A DNA stretch of 64,000 bases from Candidatus Bathyarchaeota archaeon (GCA_963733095.1 CAVTBV010000013.1:64001-128000); one strand, 5' to 3'. Shown: positions 1 through 10,857, counted from the stretch's first letter. The notes: generated by a model from the sequence alone, not told the origin. Numbers and translations: made by a program.

Positions 1-1
1 T

Positions 2-685
2 GTGTCCAAGGGGCACTTTGGTTGGGACTGGGTGTCCGTAGGTTTCTGTATTTCCTGCGTCGAGTAGTTCCATGGCGCGGATGTTGATTTCTCCGCATTT
101 GAAAACTAAACTGACGAAATCGTTTACAACAAGTGATTTGTTGAATGGGGCTACTAATCCTTCGTGGATGAAGTCAAAGACTTTCTGGTCTTTTTTGCCC
201 AAAAGGTATGCATGGTACGCATACGCTGCGACGCCTTTTAACCCATAGGTCAAAAGCCACTGCAACCCGTGCAAGTCAGGGTCCATGTTGGGTTCAGAGT
301 TTATCCCATGTTGTTTGCCCTGAGCAATTAACCCTTCCATCGTGTTTTCTAAGGGCAAATAGTCAGCTTTGACGCCTAGCTGCTTGTGTAGTTTGTCGTG
401 GAGTTCAGCGGTTTTTCTGATGTACGCAACGATTGCTTCTGGATCAAAATTCACGTTTGTCAAAGTAACAAAAAGAGCTTCAGCTGTGAAAACGCTTGTT
501 TGCTCATCCTTTATTCCCGCTTTTCCTGCTTGGATTACGAGTTGACTAAGTTCGCGTAGTTTGTAGACTAAAAGATCTTGAAGGTTTGAGACGTCAGCGG
601 TTTTTCCGCAGACCCCTACGATTGTGCAGCCTGTGCCTTTGGCTGTTTGTTCACATTGGTAACAGAACATTTGATTTTGGCTCAT
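2..685 (-). CDS. hcp: hydroxylamine reductase / hybrid cluster protein (5' part, truncated by window edge)
   Basis: Manual translation MSQNQMFCYQCEQTAKGTGCTIVGVCGKT...LTNVNFD...YGLKGVAAYAYHA matches the Hcp N-terminal Cys motif; absent from the ORF track because it runs off the edge. Confidence 0.93.
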   Translation of the reverse strand, partial: MSQNQMFCYQCEQTAKGTGCTIVGVCGKTADVSNLQDLLVYKLRELSQLVIQAGKAGIKDEQTSVFTAEALFVTLTNVNFDPEAIVAYIRKTAELHDKLHKQLGVKADYLPLENTMEGLIAQGKQHGINSEPNMDPDLHGLQWLLTYGLKGVAAYAYHAYLLGKKDQKVFDFIHEGLVAPFNKSLVVNDFVSLVFKCGEINIRAMELLDAGNTETYGHPVPTKVPLGH

Positions 686-850
686 TCTTTACACCTTTAC
701 ATACTTATTGTGCAAGTTCCAAAATAGGTATTGTCCCTAACATTTTAGGGATTTAAAAAATAATGTTGCTACCTACAAGAAATAAAAAAGTAAAACCACT
801 ATTTGTCTCTTGTGTTTGAGCCTTAATTGCAAAGTTAGGCGAGCGAAAGG

Positions 851-1480
851 TTGAAAACAACAGGTGAAGAAGATACCCTGTTGGAACAAACAATGGTTGA
901 CACATTCTACCTGCACTTAGAATTCACAGGCAAACAGGGCAACTGGTCGATTAACCTTCCCTTCTTATGCAATAAATGCGGAATCTGCTGTACACTTGAA
1001 GACTTCTTAACCGCTGGAGAAATCAACGCCAACCCCTCGGAACCCCCCGAAGTTCACGCAAAAATAAAAGTGCTTTTTGAATCCTTGGGAAAGATCTGGG
1101 AGGAAGACGTAGCAAAATACGACAAATACGTGATGGACAATCGATGTCCTTTTCTGATAAATAATTCTTGTTCAATCTATGCAATCCGACCTGATGGCTG
1201 TCGGCTCTTTCCAAAAACCGCGTTCGGCATGCAAACCACAGATTGCGAAGCCCTTAACCGATTCAAAAAAATGCGAAGCGCCCTAAAAAAAGGCAGAAAC
1301 ACAAAAGAGGACTATTACTTTACGGGACAAACTACAAAATTAATGCGGGGTAACGAAACGATAAAACCAGCAAAATTCGATGAAAAACAGTTCCTTGCGT
1401 GCATTGTTAAATTGCGCAAATTAGGTATAACAGATGATGAATTGGTTCTGTTTAAATGGTTCAATGAAAACCGAATGTAA
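851..1480 (+). CDS. YkgJ-family cysteine-cluster (CxxCxxCC) protein
   Basis: CNKCGICC ... CPFL ... CSIYAIRPDGCRLFP motif. Confidence 0.8.
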   Translation: MKTTGEEDTLLEQTMVDTFYLHLEFTGKQGNWSINLPFLCNKCGICCTLEDFLTAGEINANPSEPPEVHAKIKVLFESLGKIWEEDVAKYDKYVMDNRCPFLINNSCSIYAIRPDGCRLFPKTAFGMQTTDCEALNRFKKMRSALKKGRNTKEDYYFTGQTTKLMRGNETIKPAKFDEKQFLACIVKLRKLGITDDELVLFKWFNENRM

Positions 1481-1687
1481 CTCTGCAACCTAATTCATTG
1501 GCTTCACTCAATATTTTGATCCTAATATCTAACCTATACAAAGCCCCTTAGAGGAACAGGACAACACGAAACTATTTAGATTCTTAGGGGTTCTATGTTG
1601 AAAAGATGAAGGGTGAGTCAAAAGCCCCTGAAGGGGTAGTCGTATTGACAATAAACCAGTACATTAGCATTTTAAAATATTAGGCTA

Positions 1688-2890
1688 TCAACTATCCAGG
1701 CTTTTTAAACTTAAAACCAAAGGCACAGTTACGAGAGAAATCATGGCCGAAAACACAAAGGCCAACCCATCAAAACCCACAGAAACCCCCAAAGAAAATG
1801 CGCTCGCCGCCAAAACAGGCGCAACTGTCTGCGCTAACCCTGCAATTGCCCAAGCAACCCCCAACGCGCCACCTTGAGCATTCTCAGGAGTATTGGTGGA
1901 AATCAGAGTGTTTAGGGTAACGATTTGGATTCCAAAGCCGATGGAAAATACAGCAGCGATTACGGAGAATACTGCGAGGCTTGACGTTACCGATAGAGCC
2001 ACAAGTCCAATGACCAGAAAGGCGATTCCAAGCAAAGTCAGATTTAATCGGTTAAACAATTTGCCAAGCATAGGCAACAGTACGGCTTGGGTAAGCACGC
2101 TAACCCCGCCTATAAAAAAGAAAACCAGCCCTGTCTCAAATGAACCATAGCCAAAGACTGTTTGCAGCCAAGGCGAGAGAGCAGCCTGCAGAAAAACAAA
2201 CGACACAAAAAACAAAAAGTAAATCGCCAACAGCAAAGCGACCCTCTGCTTTCTAAGGACTCTTAGAAGAGTGCCAAAGGAAACTACCGTTCTTTTTATG
2301 TTAAAACTTGCGGGTTCAGGCAAAAGAAAATACGCTAAAGCAAAATTCGTAAACGCCAAACCAGCCGCTAGAAAAGATGGTACCCCATAGCCAAAGAGGG
2401 TGCTTAGTGTTCCGCCGATTGCTGGACCAAAAATGAACGCTAAACCTGCCGCTGCCCCCAAAAGCCCCAGGTACCTTAACCGCGCGTTTTTGGTGGTAAC
2501 ATCTGCAACGTAGGCTTGGGCAACAGGTACCGTGGCAGCGGTTGTTCCTGACAGCATCCTGCCCAAGAAAAGCAGCCAAATAGCCTGTGCTGCCCCAAAC
2601 AAGAAATAACTAAAACTCGCTACTAACAAAGCGGCAAGCAGGATTTTTCTTCTTCCATACCGATCACTGAATCTTGAGACAAGGGGCGTGAAAATGAAGG
2701 ACATGAGGCTGTATGAAGCCAAGAGTACGCCGTAGAGGATTGTGGAGCCACCCAAGGCAACAACATAGAAGTACAAGTAGGGCACCACTATGGCGAATCC
2801 TAAGTTGTCGAGGAAAACAACGGAGAACAGAACGCTAAAAGTGGAGCGACTAGCCGAAACACCATTGGCGGTTGAGTTGTCGTTGACCAA
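1688..2890 (-). CDS. MFS transporter, TetA/DHA1-like
   Basis: About 12 hydrophobic segments, motif A SDRYGRRKIL, GPAIGG; start trimmed from ORF 1688..3019 (start uncertain). Confidence 0.85.
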   Translation of the reverse strand: MVNDNSTANGVSASRSTFSVLFSVVFLDNLGFAIVVPYLYFYVVALGGSTILYGVLLASYSLMSFIFTPLVSRFSDRYGRRKILLAALLVASFSYFLFGAAQAIWLLFLGRMLSGTTAATVPVAQAYVADVTTKNARLRYLGLLGAAAGLAFIFGPAIGGTLSTLFGYGVPSFLAAGLAFTNFALAYFLLPEPASFNIKRTVVSFGTLLRVLRKQRVALLLAIYFLFFVSFVFLQAALSPWLQTVFGYGSFETGLVFFFIGGVSVLTQAVLLPMLGKLFNRLNLTLLGIAFLVIGLVALSVTSSLAVFSVIAAVFSIGFGIQIVTLNTLISTNTPENAQGGALGVAWAIAGLAQTVAPVLAASAFSLGVSVGFDGLAFVFSAMISLVTVPLVLSLKSLDS

Positions 2891-3060
2891 AACTTTCACT
2901 AACAAGTTAACGACGGCTGAGCAGATAAGCATTTTGAGAACTTGGAATTCTCGGAAGTTGATAGCGGAAACAATAATATTCACTAATACTGTTAGTCTAT
3001 GGGCATTCTTGTGAAGCAAATGCTTAATGGGAATTGAAAAAAATTTTGGATGTGAAAAAT

Positions 3061-4395
3061 ATGGGTGTTTTAATGCAAGGCTTCTATTGGGACTGTCCCA
3101 AGCTTGAAAATGTCGAATTCAACTGGTGGCTATACGTTAAAAATAAACTTCCCACTTTGAAGAAAGCCGGATTCACCGCCATTTGGCTCCCCCCGCCGGG
3201 CAAGGCAGCAAGCAACCCCTCGATGGGATACGACATCTATGACTACTTTGACTTGGGTGAATTCAACCAGAAAGGATCCATGCGCACCTGGTTTGGTTCA
3301 AAAGATGAAATAGTCGATCTAATAAAATCCGCCCACAACAACGGATTACAAGTCTACGCCGACGTCGTTTTAAATCACAACAGCGGCGGCGACCAAGAAG
3401 AACTAAACCCCATCGACCACAAAAAACGATGGACCAAGTTCAACCCAAAAAGCCAAGAATTCGAACGAAACTGGAAATGTTTCCATCCTTCACCATACGA
3501 AAGATGGGACGATAAAACCTTCGGCGCCATGCCCGATTTATGCCACCGAAACCCAAAAGTCCTCGGAAACATGCTCAAATACGTCAGGTGGCTCATCGAA
3601 GAAATTGGATTTGACGGTTACCGCTATGACTTTGTTAAAGGTTACGGCAGCTGGATAGCAACCTCAATCCAAGACCTCCGCGTTAGGAAGAACGGCAAAT
3701 TCATCAACCCCTTCGGCGTAGGGGAATGCTGGGACGAATATTCAGTCATAAAAGAGTGGCTCACCGAAACCAACGTATTGTCAGATAATCCCGCAAGCGC
3801 CTTCGACTTCCCCCTCCACTACAGGCTCAAAAACTTATGCGATACCTTCGGCTACAGCCTAAAGAACCTCACTCAACCTGGAACATTGCTAAACGATTAC
3901 CCCCAATACGCCGTTACATTCGTTGACGACCATGATACAGCACATGAAGAACCAATTGTCAATGATAAAATCTTGGCCTATGCGTTCATCTTGACAAATG
4001 AAGGTTACCCCTGCGTACTTTGGCAGGATTATTTCAACTATCAATTGGCTAAAGAAGACACGGCAAACGGAATAGACGCACTAATCAAAGTTCACGAACA
4101 ACACGCTGGTGGCACAACTTCAGTTCTCTATGTTGACGACGACCTATATATCATGCAGCGAAACGGGGCTGGAGATCAAGAAGGCTTGATTTTTGTTCTC
4201 AACAACCGAGGAGACAGCTGGAACGGACGTTTTGTACCAACAAAGTGGAGAAATACTAAACTCAAAGCAGAAGCCTGGGGAACTAACACAATCAATGTTC
4301 AAGCTCCCTTGGAACAGTTGACGCAGGAGAATGGTTGGGGCGAATTCTATGCGCCGCCAAGAGGATATGCAGTCTACGTACCTCAACGTACCTGA
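3061..4395 (+). CDS. alpha-amylase (GH13)
   Basis: MQGFYWD, GYDIYDYFDLGE, DVVLNH, DGYRYDFVKGY, GECW, FVDDHD. Confidence 0.92.
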   Translation: MGVLMQGFYWDCPKLENVEFNWWLYVKNKLPTLKKAGFTAIWLPPPGKAASNPSMGYDIYDYFDLGEFNQKGSMRTWFGSKDEIVDLIKSAHNNGLQVYADVVLNHNSGGDQEELNPIDHKKRWTKFNPKSQEFERNWKCFHPSPYERWDDKTFGAMPDLCHRNPKVLGNMLKYVRWLIEEIGFDGYRYDFVKGYGSWIATSIQDLRVRKNGKFINPFGVGECWDEYSVIKEWLTETNVLSDNPASAFDFPLHYRLKNLCDTFGYSLKNLTQPGTLLNDYPQYAVTFVDDHDTAHEEPIVNDKILAYAFILTNEGYPCVLWQDYFNYQLAKEDTANGIDALIKVHEQHAGGTTSVLYVDDDLYIMQRNGAGDQEGLIFVLNNRGDSWNGRFVPTKWRNTKLKAEAWGTNTINVQAPLEQLTQENGWGEFYAPPRGYAVYVPQRT

Positions 4396-4409
4396 AACGA
4401 GGGCTGAAT

Positions 4410-4757
4410 ATGAAGTCAAAGTTTGGCTGGATAAAAGCTAACGGCATCAAATACGAAAAAGACATAATTCTACATACAGACGGCTCAATTACCAAACGGC
4501 AGAAGAAAAAATCCAAGGATTTAAAACCAATTTATGGTCACACACCGCTCTCAGAACGTGAACTTGATTTTCTTATGCAAGAAAATCCCAAAGTCGTTTA
4601 CATTGGAATTGGCCATCAGTCAGCACTGCCCATAACGCAAGAAGCCATGGCTATTCTAAAAAAATATGAAACCATTATTCTGCCCACAAATGAGATAACC
4701 GAAAAAATCGACAACGAGGACAGAAAAATGGTGGCGTTAATTCACGTCACCTGTTGA
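4410..4757 (+). CDS. Mth938-like domain protein
   Basis: FGWIKANGIKYEKDII, YGHTPLS, IGIGHQSAL, C-terminal IHVTC; ATG at 4410. Confidence 0.75.
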   Translation: MKSKFGWIKANGIKYEKDIILHTDGSITKRQKKKSKDLKPIYGHTPLSERELDFLMQENPKVVYIGIGHQSALPITQEAMAILKKYETIILPTNEITEKIDNEDRKMVALIHVTC

Positions 4758-4779
4758 CCTCAAAATTAGCTTTAAAAAT

Positions 4780-5283
4780 TTAGGATTGGTGCTGTTTTAT
4801 GAATTTGGTCATGTTAACGATCTCTAAGTCGCCTTGACATCTGGGACAGGTACTTTGGATTTCAGGTCCTTTCAGACCTATTTTCATGGGCGTCCCACAG
4901 TGACAGCAGTAGATGGTTAGATTTTGTCCTTTCTCAACGAGCTTTTTGACGAGGGCAGCGGCTTCTTTTTGCTGTTCCGTTGGTTCATTCTTCTTTTTTA
5001 AGGTGCCTTTATGCTCAGTAGAGAAGTCTTTGCATGTTTCCGCCTGAACAAAATAAGTGTTAAACCCAACCTTCACAGGCGTCAAGTTTTTTCCACGTTT
5101 CTCACAGGATTCCTCATCGAAGAAGCCGCAGTCTTCACAAGCCTTTTTCTGACTGTATTCTTTCTGAAGCTTCCAGAGGCAATCCGCACAATAAGTTCGT
5201 TCCTCACCATTTAGACTTACAATTAAGCCATTGCCGGAGAAGGATTTCTTGCAACCGTAACATTCGGACCGCATAATGTTCAC
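4780..5283 (-). CDS. hypothetical multi-CxxC zinc-finger protein
   Basis: Several CxxC pairs (CYGC, CADC, CEDC, CHC, CPRC). Confidence 0.6.
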   Translation of the reverse strand: MNIMRSECYGCKKSFSGNGLIVSLNGEERTYCADCLWKLQKEYSQKKACEDCGFFDEESCEKRGKNLTPVKVGFNTYFVQAETCKDFSTEHKGTLKKKNEPTEQQKEAAALVKKLVEKGQNLTIYCCHCGTPMKIGLKGPEIQSTCPRCQGDLEIVNMTKFIKQHQS

Positions 5284-5414
5284 TTTGGAAATTACATTTG
5301 TGGGGTTTTATTTATTGTTTGATTTAGGTTTTTTGGAAATGCCCCTTTGTATACTAAAAAGCCGTCAACAGGTTGAAACGGATTAAGCTTTGAAAAAATT
5401 TTATTTAAAGAAAA

Positions 5415-6323
5415 TTATTTGAGGATTTTTTCCCAACCAGCAACCCTGACAAGGACTTCTTGCACAGGTTTTTGCCCATAACTCTTAAGTCTCTCTCTTA
5501 ACTGAGTGTTCCCAACTACAGCTTTCTGGAAATCTAACATTTGGCTTGCACCGTCAGTTAAGTAGAGGAAGCCGTCTGCTCCTGCTCTTGCACAGCGAAC
5601 CGTAACTGTCAGTAGTTCCTCGGAGGTTGGTACATCTTTGGGGTCGTCGCCTGGACCGAAGACGTATAGGCTGATGTGGAAGGGTTTTTTCAGCAGTTTT
5701 TTAAAGCCGCGTGCAAGCATTTCCCAGTACCATGGGGTTGCGTAGTTTTTGCTAAACATTACAACGTTGAATGCATCAGCGTATTTGGCTTGGTCGTCGA
5801 AGTCTACACCGTAACGCTCGCAGGATGTTATGGGGTCAGGCTGGAGGCTTAAGACGAGTTCTTTTTTAACTACGTCTCGGATTTGCGCTATGTATTCGGT
5901 GATTTCTTTTCTGCGCCATTCAAACCAGCCAAGACCACTTTTCTGCCACAGCTCTTTGCATCGTGGGCAGGTGCAGTGTCCATGGTCGGCAAAATATTGG
6001 CTGTTTAACCAAATTCCCGGGGATTGCCTATCCACTTCGGCGATGTATTTGAGTTGCTCTTCTCGATATTCTGGATGTGTTGCGCATATGACGCTCCAGT
6101 AAATGTTGAAGTTGTTGTTTCCAAATTTGGCTGGACCTAGCGGGGATTGGGAAACCCAGTCAGGGTGATTTTGTACGGTTTGTGTGTCTGCGAAGACAGC
6201 TATATTGCTGTACATGTCTTTCACTGGCTGGAGCCTTATGCCAGTTTCAGGTTTGACTCGCAAAACGTGGAAGTCGAAGCCTTGAGGTTTTTGAGGTTGA
6301 AACGTGAATGAACCAAACTTCAT
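5415..6323 (-). CDS. hypothetical protein, glycoside-hydrolase-like TIM barrel with CxCxxC
   Basis: HPDWV, GHCTCPRC, WFEWRR pattern as in putative GH-like proteins; function inferred only. Confidence 0.5.
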   Translation of the reverse strand: MKFGSFTFQPQKPQGFDFHVLRVKPETGIRLQPVKDMYSNIAVFADTQTVQNHPDWVSQSPLGPAKFGNNNFNIYWSVICATHPEYREEQLKYIAEVDRQSPGIWLNSQYFADHGHCTCPRCKELWQKSGLGWFEWRRKEITEYIAQIRDVVKKELVLSLQPDPITSCERYGVDFDDQAKYADAFNVVMFSKNYATPWYWEMLARGFKKLLKKPFHISLYVFGPGDDPKDVPTSEELLTVTVRCARAGADGFLYLTDGASQMLDFQKAVVGNTQLRERLKSYGQKPVQEVLVRVAGWEKILK

Positions 6324-6716
6324 AATCTTGTACGCCTTTTGGGCAAAGAAGCGGTTGTGGTGTTATAAGTTTTTTTGTGCCTTGTGGATTTTGCGGTGTT
6401 TTTGTGTTTGGACCTGTTTTGAAGGCAGAATTGTATATTTCTTAAACAAGTGAATGGTGGTGTACATTTGAAAAGAAGTTTGCGCTGCTGTTATTGATGT
6501 TTTGAGGTTTTGTTGGTTTTTTTGCATGAATTTTTGAATTTTGCCTGAATTGCTGAAAAAGAGTTGGCAAAATCACGTGTTTGGGTATGATATTTGGATT
6601 ATCATCCATAAATATTGGAATTTTACAATCAGATGGATAGTTTTAAATATAAGTTTGAGATAATTGCACAGTCATTATAAAAATAAATCAACAAATGTTA
6701 AATGGTGTATTAAAAA

Positions 6717-7994
6717 ATGAGTGTAACCACTTTGACTTCAAACTCTGGAGATGTAGCATGGGTTCTGACATCAACCGCCCTAGTAATGATAATGACTCCC
6801 GCACTAGGCTTCTTTTACGGCGGCTTAGTGCGCAAGAAAAACCTTGTATCCACAATCGCTCAATGCTTTATCATATTTGCCGTAATCAGTCTAACTTGGG
6901 CGTTGTGGGGCTACAGCATGGCTTTTGGCCCCAGCTACCGCGGAATAATAGGAAACCTGTCTCTGGCAGGGTTAAACGGCGTAGGCATACACGACATCAA
7001 CCCTGCCCTCGCAGCGACAATACCCACACTGCTCGTCTTCGCCTTTCAGCTAAAATTCGCCGCAATCACACCCGCATTAATAATCGGTGCATGCGCAGAA
7101 AGAGTTCGCTTCCGTTCACTGCTAATATTCATAATCCTTTGGTCAACCCTCATCTACGTGCCAATCGCACACTGGGTTTGGAACCCGGATGGCTGGCTCA
7201 AAGGCATAGGCTCAATCGACTTCGCGGGAGGTCTAGTCGTACACATATCCGCAGGTGTCTCAGCTCTTGCAGCAGCGTTAGTCATTGGCAGACGTAAAGG
7301 CTGCGCTGTTCCATGGAAGAAACACATGAAAGAAATCGACCAAAAAGAGAAAGTAGAATTCAAACCAACTAACATTCCCTACGTCCTGTTGGGTGCAGCA
7401 CTGTTGTGGTTTGGCTGGTTCGGATTCAACGCAGGCAGTGCTTTAGCAGCAAACGACCTTGCCGTTTCCGCTCTAGTCGTCACAAACTTAGCCGCTGCAG
7501 CAGCCGCAGTAAGCTGGATGCTTATGGATTGGCTCCTCAAAGGCAAACCATCAGCAGTTGGGATGGCAGTCGGTGCAGTCGTTGGATTAGTCGTCATAAC
7601 CCCTGCTTCGGGCTTCGTTACCCCTCAAGCAGCAATAATCATGGGTTTAATCGGCGGCATAATATCTAACCTCGTTGCAAGCTGGAGAGCTGGCAGATCA
7701 CGAATAGACGATACATTGGATGTCTTTGCGTGCCACGGAGTTGGCGGTATATGGGGTGCAATAGGCACAGGCATATTCGCTTCCATCGGTGCAACAGGAC
7801 TCATATACGGGAACGTTCACCAATTCCTCGCTCAGCTCTTAGCTGTCGGTGTAGTGGTGCCGTTTTCTTTCGTCGGTTCCTGGCTGTTGCTTAAGGCGGT
7901 CAACCTGTTCTCGCCTCTCAGAGTAAGCCCTGAAGCTGAAGATGCAGGCTTAGACCTCAGCGAGCATGGTGAAGAAGCCTTTCAACTAGATTAG
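6717..7994 (+). CDS. amt: ammonium transporter (Amt), copy 1
   Basis: DFAGGLVVH, WFGWFGFNAGS, DDTLDVFACHG, GLDLSEHGE. Confidence 0.96.
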   Translation: MSVTTLTSNSGDVAWVLTSTALVMIMTPALGFFYGGLVRKKNLVSTIAQCFIIFAVISLTWALWGYSMAFGPSYRGIIGNLSLAGLNGVGIHDINPALAATIPTLLVFAFQLKFAAITPALIIGACAERVRFRSLLIFIILWSTLIYVPIAHWVWNPDGWLKGIGSIDFAGGLVVHISAGVSALAAALVIGRRKGCAVPWKKHMKEIDQKEKVEFKPTNIPYVLLGAALLWFGWFGFNAGSALAANDLAVSALVVTNLAAAAAAVSWMLMDWLLKGKPSAVGMAVGAVVGLVVITPASGFVTPQAAIIMGLIGGIISNLVASWRAGRSRIDDTLDVFACHGVGGIWGAIGTGIFASIGATGLIYGNVHQFLAQLLAVGVVVPFSFVGSWLLLKAVNLFSPLRVSPEAEDAGLDLSEHGEEAFQLD

Positions 7995-8260
7995 AGCACT
8001 TCACTGCTCTATTTTTCTCTTTTTTGTTCTTACTGAAATTGGCTGTTTTCATTTTAGACAAGATGCTTTTTTGGCGTAGTTTTTTTGGACAATTTTGCGA
8101 TTATCTGGCTGCATATGAAAAATTGTTGTGTGTTTATGCTGATTGTATGGTAAAGTGTTGTACATTTATCGATTTTTAGCCTTTTATTTAATGCGAATGT
8201 ATAGTTTAAATATTGGTTCTGACAAAAAAGGGGAATAATTAAGCACAAACGGGGAAAGAG

Positions 8261-9550
8261 ATGTCTTACAATCCAGCTGACATTGCATGGGTTCTAACGT
8301 CAACAGCGCTCGTTATGCTGATGACTCCGGCCTTAGCCTTCTTTTACGGCGGCTTAGTCCGAAGAAAAAACCTTGTCTCAACCCTTGTCCAATGTATCGC
8401 CATCTTCGCCGTCGTCAGCTTAGTTTGGTTCTTATGGGGCTACAGCCTCGTTTTTGGACCCAGCATCGGCGGCGTCATCGGAAACTTATCTTTGGCAGGC
8501 TTAAACGGCATTACAATAAACCAAGTTAACACCACCTATGCAGCCGGTATCCCTGAAATCTTGTTCTTCGCGTTCCAGCTAAAATTTGCCGCAATCACAC
8601 CAGCCCTGATCATAGGTGCCTGCGCCGAGCGAATTCGCTTCAAATCCCTGCTTATCTTTGTTGTTTTATGGTCGACTCTCATTTACTCGCCAATAGCCCA
8701 CTGGCTCTGGAACGTCAACGGTTGGTTACACGTTTTAGGCGCCTGGGATTTTGCAGGGGGCATAGTAGTTCACGTCGCGGCTGGGTTGTCAGCCTTGGCA
8801 GCGGCTTTGATTGTAGGTAGACGAAAGGGTTGTGTTTACTGGAAAGACCAAATGAAAGCATTAGACCGCAAAGACGTCAGCGCCCCCGCGATGGGAACCG
8901 AATTCAAACCCACAAACATACCCTATGTGATTTTGGGCGCCGGGCTCCTGTGGTTTGGCTGGTTTGGCTTCAACGGAGGCAGCGCATTAGCAGCTGATAG
9001 CATCGCCGTTTCCGCAGTGGTCGCAACCAACTTGGCGGCGGCGGCAGCGGCGGTAAGTTGGATGCTTATGGATTGGGTAATTAAAGGCAAACCATCCGCC
9101 ATTGGAATCTCTGTTGGTGCAGTTTGTGGTATGGCAGCGGTTACGGCAGCTGCAGGATACATTAACTTCACAGACGCAGTAATCATTGGGTTATCTGCGG
9201 GCATAATCTCAAACTTGGTTGCTAACTGGCGTGCCGGCAGATCGCGAATAGACGACACACTCGACGTTTTTGCCTGCCACGGAATCGGCGGCATCATTGG
9301 CGCGGTGGCGGTTGGTTTGTTTGCTACTGCAGCTGTGAACCCTCTTGTTCGAGGATTATTCTATGGTAACGCGGCTCAGCTCGGCATTCAAGCGCTCGCT
9401 GTCACGGTTGTGGCTGCCTTCGCATTCGTCGGCTCCTACCTTCTTCTAAGGCTGGTGGACGTTTTTTCGCCATTGCGTGTTAGTCCCAAAGAAGAGGATG
9501 AAGGCTTAGATATGAGCCAACACGGCGAAGAAGCCTATCACCTAGATTAA
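8261..9550 (+). CDS. amt: ammonium transporter (Amt), copy 2
   Basis: Same signature motifs; close paralog of copy 1. Confidence 0.96.
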   Translation: MSYNPADIAWVLTSTALVMLMTPALAFFYGGLVRRKNLVSTLVQCIAIFAVVSLVWFLWGYSLVFGPSIGGVIGNLSLAGLNGITINQVNTTYAAGIPEILFFAFQLKFAAITPALIIGACAERIRFKSLLIFVVLWSTLIYSPIAHWLWNVNGWLHVLGAWDFAGGIVVHVAAGLSALAAALIVGRRKGCVYWKDQMKALDRKDVSAPAMGTEFKPTNIPYVILGAGLLWFGWFGFNGGSALAADSIAVSAVVATNLAAAAAAVSWMLMDWVIKGKPSAIGISVGAVCGMAAVTAAAGYINFTDAVIIGLSAGIISNLVANWRAGRSRIDDTLDVFACHGIGGIIGAVAVGLFATAAVNPLVRGLFYGNAAQLGIQALAVTVVAAFAFVGSYLLLRLVDVFSPLRVSPKEEDEGLDMSQHGEEAYHLD

Positions 9551-9770
9551 AAGCTGCAGCCTAAGCTGCATGAGTCCCAATTTAACCACAAAATTTTACT
9601 TGTGAATGGGCTGGTGCATTTTTCTGTCAATACCAACGTACCTCTATAAGGTTTCTCAAAATGAGATTCTTTTAGGATTGGGCCCGTGGAGTAAGCGCTT
9701 CTGACCCAGGTTTAAATGGTTTATAATTTAGACTGGGAGCGCTTTAGTCCACATCGGCAGAATTATGAAA

Positions 9771-9840
9771 TGCCGCGGGATGTTTAGATTTACACCCACG
9801 TTCAAATTCCCCACGAAGAAACAAGAAAAGGGTAGTAGAA
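9771..9840. repeat. degenerate tRNA-Ser 3'-end att copy A plus right arm shared with copy C
   Basis: TGCCGCGGGATGTTTAGATTTACACCCACG vs tRNA TGGCGCGGGATGTGGGAATTGAACCCACG; downstream TTCAAATTCCCCACGAAGAAACAAG resembles 21106-21130. Confidence 0.8.
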
Positions 9841-9993
9841 CTTCCCTCTCCAAACTCAGACGAGATCAAACCCTATAACGCTAAATGGGGGAAACTAACA
9901 CAAATTTACCTGATAAAAAGATATCAAGGTAGGAACGAACCTAACTTACCCGCGGGTGGGTATGCTTGTGCTACAGTTTCAAGGTAAGTAGCC

Positions 9994-10764
9994 TCAATCA
10001 ATCTGAATGCCTGGATACCATTTTCTTGCTGTTTCCCAATAATATGTAAAGAGGTCCCGGCATAATTTGAGGAACTTCTCGTCTTTCCCAAAAAAACCAA
10101 TGTAATCCAGACCGCCGTTATGCGTGCGAAGAACAATATTAGCTTCTTTTTCACTGATTAACAGTGCAACAGGGACTTGTTCTATATACCTACTGCCCAC
10201 CAAAAGCTCTTCCTTGCTGTTTTTAAATTTTTTTGCTAGGGCTTTTGGCATAATGAACTTGAAGTCAAGACCCTTAGATACTTTTTCTTTTGTTGGTTGA
10301 ACGTGACTTGATTCAACCGTTTCACCCATGGCATAAATGAATTTTTCTGCGTCATAAACGATTTTTCGAACCCCGTTTAGGGTGGCTAAAGTGTCTCCAC
10401 AAAACTCTCCACCCGACAACTCACCAAGCCTGTTAACGAACTCATATGGAAGGGCGGAAACATTGTGTTCCAAGAAGTAATCTCCATTTTTCAAAATGAA
10501 ATTGAAACTTGACAGAAGACCCGTCGCCAAACTGCCCAAAGACGTTATTGCGTAGGTGCCGTCAACTTTTTTCTCCACCAACTTGGCTTCACTTAGCCTT
10601 TGCAGGTGCCTGAATGTCTCAGTTACTGTCATGTCAAGTGATTTGGATATTTGCTGCATCTTGAAACCTTGTTTTTCCACCTCAAAAAGTATGCTTGCCC
10701 TTCGGTTGCTGGCAAGCTCAAAAAGAACCTTGGAGATTTCCGATTCTTCTTCGCTCTTGGACAT
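9994..10764 (-). CDS. archaeal ArsR-like winged-HTH transcriptional regulator (DUF1724-type C-terminus), paralog 1
   Basis: LFELASNRRASIL...ETFRHLQRLSEAKLVEKKVDGTYAIT; YFLEHNVSALPYEFVNRLGEL. Confidence 0.8.
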   Translation of the reverse strand: MSKSEEESEISKVLFELASNRRASILFEVEKQGFKMQQISKSLDMTVTETFRHLQRLSEAKLVEKKVDGTYAITSLGSLATGLLSSFNFILKNGDYFLEHNVSALPYEFVNRLGELSGGEFCGDTLATLNGVRKIVYDAEKFIYAMGETVESSHVQPTKEKVSKGLDFKFIMPKALAKKFKNSKEELLVGSRYIEQVPVALLISEKEANIVLRTHNGGLDYIGFFGKDEKFLKLCRDLFTYYWETARKWYPGIQID

Positions 10765-10857
10765 GCTTATTTTTTCGCATCCTTGCAAACTTATTCGTAT
10801 TAACGTCAAATAAATCTTATCACAAAAGTTCGCTATCATTAATTCTGAGGAACAAAC

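Noticed and set aside
1540-1640. Repeated AAAGCCCCT with short hairpins, reminiscent of IS200/IS605 ends
   Set aside because: Only 9 bp and no transposase remnant.
6595-6608. TGGAT-N4-ATCCA palindrome upstream of amt as an NrpR operator
   Set aside because: Does not fit GGAA-N6-TTCC and is absent upstream of the second amt.
6695-9297. Alternative-frame and antisense ORFs over the amt genes (likewise over korAB, nrdD, helicase, cobD)
   Set aside because: Shadow ORFs of well-supported genes with no protein-like motifs.
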